Below, piece by piece: positions 1 through 10,463 of a stretch of 64,000 nt of DNA. A program made the position numbers and the translations under genes. Positions within the stretch are counted from its first letter, which is position 1. Each line of letters opens with the position of its first letter. Under the pieces are notes generated by a model. It was not told the DNA's origin. It made no database searches and was given only the letters and a program-made list of their open reading frames with translations. The DNA comes from Octopus vulgaris (taxonomy: Eukaryota). The stretch is from positions 25,172,001 to 25,236,000 of the forward strand of contig OX597823.1 of assembly GCA_951406725.2 (NCBI GenBank). The letters are read 5' to 3'.

Positions 1-613
1 CCATTTAGGTAAATAACATTCTGTGCATAATGAATATGTCATTCCTTTAAGAAACAGATTGGGTTTATTTACATTTGTGAAGAAAAAAAGATACCCTTCC
101 CCAACCCCTAACCCTAACCAACTCTAACCCTAAATCTAAAATAGATTGAAATGCAATAGATCGATATTAGGACCATAATTATGGGTGACATTTTCATTTG
201 ACACCAGTAGAAAAAGATCCCATTTTCCGTAGCGGTGTCGTATGAAATTGTCACCCATAATTATAACCCTAGTATCGATCTATTGCATTTCAATCTATTT
301 TAGATTTAGGGTTAGGGGTGGAGAAAGGGTATCTTTTTTCTTCACAAATGTAAATAAACCCAATCTGTTTCTTAAAGGAGGGACATATTCATTATGCACA
401 GAATGTTATTTACCTAAATGGACTCCAGTGATTGGTTAAAATTGCCGAAATGCAAGTAATTTCAGACGAAATATCTTACAAACTATAGAATTTTCTCAAT
501 AAAGCCAAGAGAAAATGATGTTTTATAAACACATTCTACCAGTATACGAAGTTTAAAACTTTTTAGTTACCTAGAAATTATGTTACAAAGTGTCGTTCAA
601 AAGGAACAGATCC
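1..613. mobile_element. Fold-back MITE (left end outside window), related to the GGATC-terminated Merlin-like MITEs
   Basis: 1-205 is a near-perfect inverted repeat of 233-421. 430-613 resembles the arms of the 2035-2420 element (ttttctcaataaagccaagagaaa...acacattctaccagtatacgaagttt) and ends in ...agatcc. Confidence 0.75.
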
Positions 614-686
614 GAAATCGGTTGGGTAGTTCTTGAGTTTTAGGGATTCACACACACATTCTCATCTTTATATATATATAGAAGAT
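614..686 (-). mobile_element. 5' end fragment of a non-autonomous Helitron
   Basis: ggttgggtagttcttgagttttaggga...cacattctcatctttatatatatatagaagat matches the Helitron 5' end at 26760-26840 (minus-strand A|TC start). Confidence 0.55.
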
Positions 687-699
687 ACGTGCATTCGAA

Positions 700-1450
700 C
701 GTAGCAGGGAACAGCTAGCCTTTGGCCGCTATTTGGGTCCCGTTGTGTCCACTACTCTGGTTGGTATTGGCGCAATTTGTCTCTTACTCTGTCGTGCCAA
801 CTCGCCGTGTATAACCAGTCGGACTAATCCCACGAGCACGTGGGATTAGTCTGTTTACCACCCTGTGGTAAGCCTACTGCTCCTTATAAAAACCCAACTT
901 CTCGTTCCGAAGTCTTTGGTTCCAGACCATTTAAGGTCTAACCACTGACCACAAAGACACAGCCAGTTCCAGCGATAATGTCAGACGACCCCAACACCAC
1001 CACAGCAACAGTTACGTTGAGATTCACCAGGTTCGTCCAACAGCATTACGGTAAACTCCGTCGTCGCCACCATCATATCCTTCTTAACGTTGTCAACATC
1101 ATCTCTCCACGTACACAGCTCAGCAAGCAATTCACCCAGGTTCTAACACTTCACTGTTCGTGAATTACTTCACCATGGATCAACAGCGAATATACAACCT
1201 GCATGAATTCCTGTACCAAGTGACCCAGGCAGCAGCATCACTGCCACGACCTCACGTACGACATGTACCCGTAACCGGCTCAGCATCATGGCTGCAACCT
1301 CTTGATTCAGTATTTCAACTACCGTGTACTATTGACTACGAACAGGTATTCATCTTTCTTGTGTCTATGAATTTACTTCTCACTTCGATGGCTATAGACT
1401 TTTGCACTGTCTCTTCTTCATTGCCATCCTTATATGTTCTTAACACGCGC
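700..1450 (+). mobile_element. GC-richer interspersed repeat, possibly an LTR/retroelement relic
   Basis: Abrupt GC/CpG-rich block with a hairpin (ggactaatcccacg...cgtgggattagtct, 821-851) and a TATA-like cttataaaaa at about 883. No recognisable protein. Confidence 0.3.
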
Positions 1451-2034
1451 ATACATCTATGCTTACATGCACACATACATGACGGCCTGTCTATTATTCT
1501 GTATACATGACGCACACACATGTTAACATATCAATAAATCTTTTCTTAATCATTCTGCGCGGTTGTGCCTCTCTTTTTCCAGCTGGCAAGTAAATGATTC
1601 TATCAATTTTTCTCTTTATTATATCGGCCGTGTGATGTACAAAAGTGCCATTCTCGTTACTCCACATCGCACGGCCCCTTACATGTTTCAACCCAGGTCA
1701 ACGTTGATTGAGCCGACCTAAAATGAAAGCCGTTCCAGCAGTGACCATCCCTAACGTGTATCCTTCCCATTTTAAAGATCATTTAGTATGATTTGAAGGA
1801 AATTTGGCTATAGCTCGAGCGACCACGCGAACAATGATAATTGGCTCCCTACTTTAGGGTATCTATTTGTCACTAGATGGAATGAATTATTTCAGAGTAA
1901 AGCATTTAGCGATCTTTCGAACTTTGCTCAGACATATAAGATGAAGGACAAAGTAAAACAAATGCACTGAATCAAAGTGACCGGTTAACAAATAATCGTT
2001 AACTATCGAAAATGCGTTTGCTTAAACATACACA

Positions 2035-2420
2035 GGCTCTTTTCGCTTTGACCGGCAGATTTTTAAAATAATTTCTAAATACTTTTAAACTTCGTATACT
2101 GGTAGAATGTGTTACATAAAACATCTTTTTCTCTTGGCTTTCTTGAGAAAATTCTGTAGTTTGTAAGCTATTTGTTGTTTAATTTCTTGCATTTCGGCAA
2201 TTTCAACCAATCAATGACGTCTATTGAGGTGAATACAATTTCTCCGGTTCTTTGTCAACAACATTTAAACAACAAATAGCTTACAAACTACAGAATTTTC
2301 TCAAGAAAGCCAAGAGAAAAAGATGTTTTATGTAACACATTCTACCAGTATACGGAGTTTAAAAGTGTTTAGTTACAAAGAAATTATTTTAAAAATCTAC
2401 CGGTCAAAGCGAAAAGATCC
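2035..2420. mobile_element. Merlin-like MITE with long TIRs and 8-bp TSD
   Basis: About 150-bp TIRs (ggctcttttcgctttgaccgg... / ...ccggtcaaagcgaaaagatcc) and a perfect 8-bp TSD catacaca at 2027-2034 and 2421-2428. GG termini plus an 8-bp TSD fit the Merlin superfamily. Confidence 0.85.
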
Positions 2421-3542
2421 CATACACAACTACACACAACCACATACACACACACACACACATGCGTTAATTACCTTGTGGTAATTATTCCGTCTCACTG
2501 CGCTCTGAGTTCAAATTCCGGTTTCGACGATTAATATTCAGTTGTTCGATCAGTTGAAATCTCTTGTAGAAGAAATTAACTGTAGTCAGATACGCAGCTT
2601 CGTCAGGTAAATTGCCCACTGTACGCACTATGTCACGCCAGTACCTCTTATACTTCATGAAGGAGTTAAAGACACAAGGCGAAGATATTGTAGACAGAAT
2701 CAGAAGTTTCATTAAAGGAAGTAATAATTCATTGATTTGTTTTGTTTGTGTAACAAATCATTGGTATCATGTAAACATGTCTTAGTCAGAAGAGAAAGAT
2801 GATGATCAAGAATCTTTTGAGGCTTCTGTGACTGGTTGAAAGAAGGGAGGAAGTTAGTCTCCAATTAGTGACCTGACCCAAATGCTCCGATAATGGCGGA
2901 CTAGATGTTGGTGGTAGATTGGGTGATGGTTTAAGTAGACTGGTTTTCTACTACGCAAAATAAATAAATAAAAATCTTTCTGCAATGGAGCCCATTAATA
3001 AAATTAACATATCCTCAAGTATTACACTCGACCATCCACTCAACTAAATGTATTTATGCTTTAGGAAGAAATTGTTAATTAAATGGATGAAATTTCAGAT
3101 GGTCTTAATTACCTCTTGAGAAAATGATTGTTATTTGAATACTGTAAGTAAAGTAAGTAAATAGATATACGTCAGTTTCGACGATGAATATTCAGTTGTT
3201 CGATCAATTGAAATCTCTGCTCATTGAATTAGTGGATATTCCACAAGGTGTGAGATGAAGTGTATGACAAAGCAGGATCTTTGAATAACAGGCTTCCAAA
3301 TAATTCCCACCTACTCGTACACGTATGTGTGTGTGTGCGCGCGCGTGTAGTATAGTACAGAAAAAAAAAACACAAATGAGTTCTGAATATTCGTGTTGGA
3401 TAGAGTAGATATATTTGTTATCAAAAGGCTTGATGGAGAGCTCATTTCGTTTCAGCGACTTTACACACACACGCGGTCTTCGGGTTGAATTTGACAGTTT
3501 GCATAAAAAAAGAAAAGAAAACACAATATCCCATCCAAAACT

Positions 3543-3785
3543 CTTTTACTCTTTTACTTGTTTCTGTCATTTGACTGTGGCCATGCTGGAGCACCGCCTT
3601 TAGTCGAGCAAATTGACCCCAGGACTTATTCTTTTAAGCCTAGTACTTATTCTATCGGTCTTTTACCGAACCGCTAAGTTACAGGGACGTAAACACACCA
3701 GCATCGGTTGTCAAGTTTCCGTCTACCAAATCCACTCACAAGGCTTTGGTCGGCCCGAAGCTATAGTAGAAGACACTTTCCCATT
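3543..3785 (-). mobile_element. SINE, 5'-truncated, with CR1-type 3' tail
   Basis: Near-identical to 16485-16840. Minus strand ends ggcggtgctccagcatggccacagtcaaatgacagaaacaa-(gtaaaaga)n. Confidence 0.85.
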
Positions 3786-3829
3786 TTAAAAATAAAATAA
3801 CATCAACTAGATTATGGCTGGGAGATAAC

Positions 3830-4520
3830 AGTTTACTCAAAGTTGCCACCTTCATATTCCATCACAGCCTCAAGACAGCTCTGGAGCCTGGTGCGTGCGT
3901 TCCTCACTGTGCCCCTGGGACAATCTTCGAATACATCGATCTTGGCCTCCAGCTTGGCCTTGGTGTTGCAAATAGAGCGGTTGGTGTCTTTCTCAACACA
4001 TTGTAACCCATGGGATTACAATCGGGAAAATTAGGATACTAGACGACCACCGTTGACGCTTTCCGAAGGCTTGGCATGGAGCTGAATTCTGCTGCTACAC
4101 ATTTCCTTCTGAAATCAACCTTCATCCATAGTTTGATTATAGACTCCTGTAGCTTCACATAGCCGTCTGAATTGAGCCTAAAGCCCTGTTCAAAGATACG
4201 TAACGGTTTGACATTACCATTACAAGAGTACTCCCCAAAGATCATCCCAGTTTGGGGTAGCTTGGTTTTCATGATACATGGGACATCACATGGATTGTAG
4301 GCAAAGCTACCTGTCGTTCTGAGTGTTGTGCAACTGGCCCTGGCAGAAGTTTTTGTTTTTATCATTTGAGAAGAACCAGATCATCCCTGGCGTAATCGGA
4401 CGCTTTAGATTGTTCAGGAGCTTCTTTGCCTTCGTCAAGTGGTTCTCCTTGGCCTTGGCTCTCAGATTTTGTCCCTTGTGTTTCTTGTACGAGCGGTAGC
4501 GAAGGTTCTTATTCAACGTT
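3830..4520 (-). pseudogene. Degenerate Tc1/mariner transposase, maT (DD37D)-like
   Basis: Frameshifted ORFs 4307-4516 and 4039-4365 read KAKKLLNNLK...WFFSNDKN-FCQGQLHNTQNDR and VPCIMKTKLPQTGMIFG...IFEQGFRLNSDGY, followed by a PDCNP motif. These match typical maT/mori transposase motifs. Confidence 0.8.
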
Positions 4521-5167
4521 TGCAGTTCTTTTGTCTCATGAAAACTATTTTTTCTTTAATGGAATGCTAATTCATTATTTTACCTTTATTTGTCTTTGAT
4601 GTTGAAATACATGCCACCGGCCACTGAGTTATTTCTGTTATCTAATTCTTGTTACAGACACACACATGCACACACGCACGCACGCACGCATACAGTCATT
4701 GTTGTAGACTTGATTGTTCTCTCATAGGTGTGCGAAGAAAAGGATTCTTCGATTACATTAAAACTTTGATCAAAACATTTTCAATATTTGAGCATCGTAG
4801 AAACCTCTCGTGTATACATAACTAATCAGTATAAATAAGTCAATAAATAAATATTTATGAAAATAGCCTTTCCTTCTCTTCTATGTGAACAGGGAGGGTC
4901 AGTGCGTCAATAATATACGCGTTTCCCACGGATAATTGGCGATAAAAAACAAAAACAAAAAAACCACAAAACATAACTTTTACTCTACTCTGAGCGGTCA
5001 TATTAATGAAGCCGAATGACATTTGACTGATTTTTTTTTATTTATATTTTGATGTGAGTTTTTTTTTATGCCGTTTTACTTTACTTCAATCACTGTTTGA
5101 TCAATCGAGACGCTATAAAATAGACGTGAAGTCTATTTCATAGCGCGCCTTGCCATTAATGTAATGT

Positions 5168-6375
5168 ATAGGAGGGTAATTAAAAAATCAAACGTACTCT
5201 TATTTCTGTATTTTAGTAAAACAAAAGCAGGGTCATTTTCGACACAGTCTCCTTGCTTTTCGATGCATTTCTTCTAGCGGTCCACAAGTTTGCTTATTCC
5301 ATCGGAGAAGGAGGTTTTCGGCTGATCGCGAAGTCATTTATGCACCACTTCCTGCGCTTCTTCGTCTGTACCAAATCGACGACTTCGTAAAAAGATGTTT
5401 GAGCGGTCTAAAGTGTTGATAGTAAGAAGGGGCGAGATCTGGACTGTATACAGATGTTCCAGCAACTCGAAACCCGATTTTTCAGGGATATCAACGATGT
5501 GGATGGCATTATGCGGGCATGCAACAATAACATTTGCGTTGACAACAGAAGTGTGTATGAGTGGATCGAGATGAGCAATATTTACGTTAACAATAGACCT
5601 CGGCGTTTGATGCCAATTGTTGGTTTCAGTTTGTTGGCCAGCATTTCACGGTAGCCTACGCTGGCGACTGTAGACTCTTTTCCCAGGCAGTGTTCAAGTA
5701 CAAGCCTTTTTGCATCCCAAAATACAATTACCATCACCTTATCTGTAGAAGGCTGAGTCTTGAATTTCGTTTTTGCTAGCGATTCTCGGTTCTTCTACTC
5801 CATACTTCACCTTTTGGATTCAAGCTCAAAGTGACACACCTAGGTCTCATCTCCTGTGGCTATCCGTCCCAAAAACACTTCGCTATCATCGTTGTAGCGG
5901 TCGAGTAAGCGTTGACAGATCGCCTCACGACTGTGTTTATTACCCTTCGTTAAGCTTTCTTGGCATCCATCTCGCAAAGACTTTACAGAAGCGAAGCTTG
6001 TCGTAGATGATTTCGTATGTAGAACTATGACTAATTTGCAGAGAGCATTCTACCGCATCGATGGTCATTTATCGGTTCACCAAAACCATCTCTCAAGATT
6101 GTTGAATCTTCGCATCCGTGCTGGAGGTTGATGGGCGTCCTGTTCCCTATTCGTGCTTCACGCTTGTCCGGCCATTTTGAAACTTCTCAATCCACTCATA
6201 CACATTGTCTTTGTACTATACTGAAAGCCTGCGATGGATTTCAGCTCCTGACATACCTTCAGACCATAGAGGATCACTAACCTCTGTCTTCCTTGGTGCG
6301 TATTGCCAGAAGAGCGGCCTTGTTTACTTTATCACAAGAAAGAAAACTGCAGCGGTTAAGGTGAAACCTCGGTTA
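5168..6375 (-). pseudogene. Degenerate mariner (DD34D) transposon
   Basis: Minus strand gives GDET-like, KFKTQPSTDKVMVIVFWD, YSPDLAPSYY and WLRDQPKTSFSDGISKLVDR motifs with stops and frameshifts. TIR-like end at about 5170. Confidence 0.85.
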
Positions 6376-6388
6376 CGCAACCACAAGA

Positions 6389-6393
<5 letters not shown>

Positions 6394-6438
<45 letters not shown>
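6394..6438. repeat. (TA)n microsatellite
   Basis: Direct reading. Confidence 0.95.
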
Positions 6439-6441
<3 letters not shown>

Positions 6442-6988
6442 AAAGTGAGGATATATAAACCTCAGAGGGATAAAAATATCCAAGATTAGACTGGTTGAAT
6501 TCCTAATAATATAAGCACACACATATATATTATTATTATAAAAACCAAGAGAGAAGATGGAGATAAGGTTAATAAAAATTTATTAATACATTGACAAGAC
6601 CTACAATTGTTTCAATTCATCGCTTATAGTATAAAATCAATCAAATTTAATTTAATTTAATGTAATCAATTTGGTTAATTATTACAAACCAGAATATCAC
6701 CAGGGAAGAACGTACAAAGAATTTATATATATCATATTTAAAACATAATGAAAACATTAAATGATCAAACAGGAAAAATACAGTGCACCATTAAAATTAA
6801 TACATAATATAAAATATATAAAGTTATAAAAATAGATACAGTTATAAAAATAGCTATTGCAATAAATTAATATAAAGAACAAATTAAATTGATTGATTTT
6901 ATACTATAATCGATGAAATGAAACAATTGTAGGTCTTATCAATGTATTAATAATTTTTTATTTATCTTATCTCCATCTTCTCTCTTGG

Positions 6989-6991
<3 letters not shown>
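6439..6991 (-). mobile_element. Penelope-like element relic with inverted pseudo-LTR arms
   Basis: 6543-6656 is inverted-repeated at about 6880-6991. The minus strand carries a hammerhead-like core (CTGGTGA...GAAACAATTGTA). The element sits between (TA)n and (CA)n tracts. Confidence 0.55.
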
Positions 6992-7033
<42 letters not shown>

Positions 7034-7252
7034 CGGCACATGTGCTTTTCTCAGACTATTCTTTTCCTTCTTTCCTTTCCGGAATTTTTCCCTCTATCTG
7101 ACGAAGGACTATGCACGAAACGTCGCACCCGTTCCATTTTTACATCTTAAACTTTCTCTGAGTGTCAGTCTAATGCATTCACTGTGTACGTCTTTTTGAC
7201 TTTTGTTGCTTTTCCAGTTTTCTTTTAAAATTTGCACGCACACATACGCTCG

Positions 7253-7306
<54 letters not shown>

Positions 7307-7608
7307 CTGAAGGGATTATAAGCCAAGCTGTGTCTTCGTGCACGTCTGCGTATTCCAGTTATCAAATACATGTAGATGTTTTATTCGAAATGAAAACATT
7401 CATGCATGTAAATTTAGTTGGTGAATTATACTTGCTGAGTAGGAATGTACTAAGACAATGATTAGTGTACGTATTACGTTTTTGATTCTGTTACACGTGT
7501 TTAATTACAATACGGGAAATACATTTTATGAATATAGATATTAATATTAATAATCCTTTCTGCTATAGTGAGCTGGAGTGAACTACTGCTCTCTCTAGCG
7601 GATGAGTA

Positions 7609-7660
7609 TCCACCACTGAAGATAACAACAAAGAGATCGAAACCGTACGGTCAGGGTGGA
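7609..7660 (+). ncRNA. Degenerate minimal type I hammerhead ribozyme motif
   Basis: tccacca-CTGAAGA-(16 nt)-GAAA-CCGTACGG-TC-agggtgga: both core boxes, a palindromic stem III, a GUC site and stem I tccacc/ggtgga. Stem II is decayed. Confidence 0.55.
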
Positions 7661-7868
7661 GGATGGTAGGGATCCACTCCCCTGATTGCAATATATATCG
7701 GGTGCAGATTGCATCGAATAACCATCTGGTAGAGGCGTCCTCCTGGAGTTAAAAATAGCAGTAACGGCGGTTCCTATGGAACAGCTCTATTTAAGTAGTG
7801 ACAAACATTACTTCTCAGTATAGTTACTGCTTTCATCTCCTACAGAGATTTTCTAACTGGCTAATTTG

Positions 7869-7870
<2 letters not shown>

Positions 7871-7933
<63 letters not shown>
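7871..7933. repeat. (TA)n microsatellite
   Basis: Direct reading. Confidence 0.95.
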
Positions 7934-7938
<5 letters not shown>

Positions 7939-8130
7939 ATCCAAACATGAAAGCACAAAAAAACACAACAAAGCGAGGACGTGGAACAAATATAGTATTA
8001 TTGGACGCCCAGGAAAGAAGGAGGGTTTAACGTTTCGAGCGGAGCTCTTCGTCGGAAACATAGGAGAAGGAAAGATCCAGAGAAGGGAAGACAGAGGAAG
8101 AAAAATCGCCAACGGTACACACGCGGTCGC
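7934..8130 (-). mobile_element. Penelope-like pseudo-LTR with minimal hammerhead-like motif
   Basis: Minus strand 8059-8025 reads gttt-CCGACGA-a-gagc-tcc-gctc-GAAAC-GTT-aaac. The element is flanked by (TA)n on both sides. Confidence 0.6.
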
Positions 8131-8143
8131 ATATATATATATC

Positions 8144-8390
8144 TGTAAATATAATATGTGACGATTATTCGGTAGCCATGATAAAACTCCGAGTTTCGGA
8201 TGTCGAGGCGGAACCCCACGCCGGCATCACTTCAGTTATCGGGCCATCGAAAAAAAAAAACAAAAAAACAATTCAATTTTTCATAGATTTTTCATAGCAT
8301 TTTTTTCGATGGCTCGACAACTGAGCCCCGACATCCGAAACTCGGAATTTTATCATGGCTACCGAATAATTGTCACATACCATGTTTACA
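8144..8390. repeat. Nested inverted repeat (fold-back), probably PLE- or MITE-derived
   Basis: atgtgacgattattcggtagccatgataaaactccgagtttcggatgtcg (8156-) pairs with cgacatccgaaactcggaattttatcatggctaccgaataattgtcacat (-8378). There is an inner IR, ccatcgaaaaaaa/tttttttcgatgg. Confidence 0.8.
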
Positions 8391-8497
8391 GATAAATTCC
8401 TCTATTTACATAATATCGAGGTCTCATTCTTTTGTTGTCTTGCCATTTCCATCAATATATATATATATGTATGTGTGTGTGTGTGTGAGTGTGTATG

Positions 8498-8529
<32 letters not shown>

Positions 8530-8532
8530 TGT

Positions 8533-8658
8533 ATGCGTAGCCGGGGGGGGGAGGGTCCGCCTCGGGCGACATTTTTAAAGGGGCGGCACTTTGGGGTCTG
8601 CTGTAGGCAATATGTGTTTTTTCGTGGGGTCCGGGGACGGCACACACTCTAGCTACGT
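8533..8658. mobile_element. Short GC-rich MITE-like insert in (TATG)n
   Basis: Terminal inverted gcgtagc...gctacgt around a GC-rich core inside a microsatellite. Confidence 0.45.
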
Positions 8659-10269
8659 ATGTATGTATATATACACAGGGGAAGAGAAAGAGGAAGAGAG
8701 AGAGAGAGAGAGAGATGGTGGAATATTTTCGTTATATACAACGAATGAATGTTGAGTAAGTTATCTTGCAAATTTAATTGACTAGGTTTCTATGTATGCA
8801 CAAAGTTCTAACACTGGTATTTCAAGTTATGTTCACATCCCAATACAAGTGTGACGAAATATTCATGCCTTGCGTCATGAAGAGAAAACCGAATTCCTAA
8901 AAGAATGAACGGAGACATGTTAATGGATACCATGTCTGTATGTTAAGTTCGCTTCACATGTAGTTATGAAGCAAACTTCTTAAGTAAGTGGTTTGGGGTT
9001 TGGATTCCTCTGAATAGCACCTTTCGCAAGTGCCTTTTGCCATAGCTTCTAGTCGACAAAAGCCTTATGTGCATAATTTGGTAGATAGAATCTATGTGGA
9101 AGCTTGTCCCAGTCCTTAGGTGGTAAACTTAATTTTATCGTTCATCATATCTCCGGTCTGAGGGCAACATTTTCCTTGCAGTCACGAAGACTATGACAAA
9201 GGTCATAGATGTTATCTTGTCACTTCTGACTATTCCTTTAATAAAAACGCACCGACGTTTGGTGCAATCGTCTGATTTAGAGACCATGTGTAGTTCTAAT
9301 TCATAGGTAACCAATGAAACCTAGTTTGATCGAAATTGTGTTTCTTCAAATGTCAGATCTGTGTGTTTCCCTTACAGGACTTTGACCCCCCAAATTATCG
9401 TTGTTGTTTAGTCCCATAACAGCTCTTATCGAGCAAGACCTATAATGAAAGACGTCCCTGTTGTGATAATGTCATCTTTTCAAGTATAGCATATCTAGGA
9501 TGTAATTCACCATATTTCCACCAGATCGGACGGCCGCATAGAAACTCCAAAGCAAAACTAGAAATACTTTCTTGCATATAACTAATTTATTATTCAAATA
9601 TTCTGTTGTTACTGACAAGAAACAGTTCAACAAAATGTTTCAGCTAAAGAAAAAAAAACAAACACCATTAGCCAAGTGAACACGCACGCGCGTGCGTGGT
9701 TGTGTGTGCCCTTAATAGTTTTTCCAGTCACTCGAATCATGTCTTTTACCACTTAAAGTTTACCAAAATTACTACTTAAACCAGCAAAAAAAAAAAAAAA
9801 ATCGCCCCTAAGAAGCAAAAAACAATAGTAAAAAGAATAGCTGCCAAATCTCCCTCTAATTATGCACAGCTGTGTTAAGTAATGAGAAGGTACATTTGAT
9901 AATGTAGTCCTTGGTACATTCTTTCTGAATAAAAGATGGGATGGTCATTGTTAAAACGTCTTTGATTATAGAAGCTTGGAACAGAGCTAACCAAAAAAGC
10001 GAAGGGTAAAAAAATTGTTGTCCTAGATCAGGGCTGCCCAACCTGAAGCCCACTGGCGGCTGGCGGTTCGCTTGATACTTTCTTGAAATGGCTTGATTTA
10101 AACAAACATTAAAAATTTTTTATCAAAAATTAAAGATTGTAATGAAAAGTAAGAAAAAAAAAAAGGTACTACTGTTTTTGCAACGATAATATTTCATGTT
10201 GAATCAACGATCATTCATTTATTATTGTAATAAAAGCAAAATGCTTACAATTCTGTCAACAGTGCTCCG

Positions 10270-10463
10270 GGATCTTTTCATTTTGAAGGCCAGATTTTCC
10301 TAGTTAACTAAACAATTTGAAACTTCGTATACTGGTAGATTGTGTCAAAAGAAAACATTATTGTAAACCAAAATGAAAACGGAATTGTAATTTCTAAGTT
10401 TAATTTCTAATTTCAAATTATTTAGTTAACTAGAAAAATCTGGCCTTCAAAATGAAAAGATCC
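10270..10463. mobile_element. Merlin-like MITE (short member of the GGATC family)
   Basis: TIR ggatcttttcattttgaaggccagatttt / aaaatctggccttcaaaatgaaaagatcc. Imperfect 8-bp TSD gtgctccg / gtgctcta. Shares aaacttcgtatactggtaga with 2035-2420. Confidence 0.8.

Noticed and set aside
100-132. (CCCTAA)-like telomeric repeats
   Set aside because: Only 3-4 degenerate units, inside the arm of a palindromic MITE. Not a telomere.
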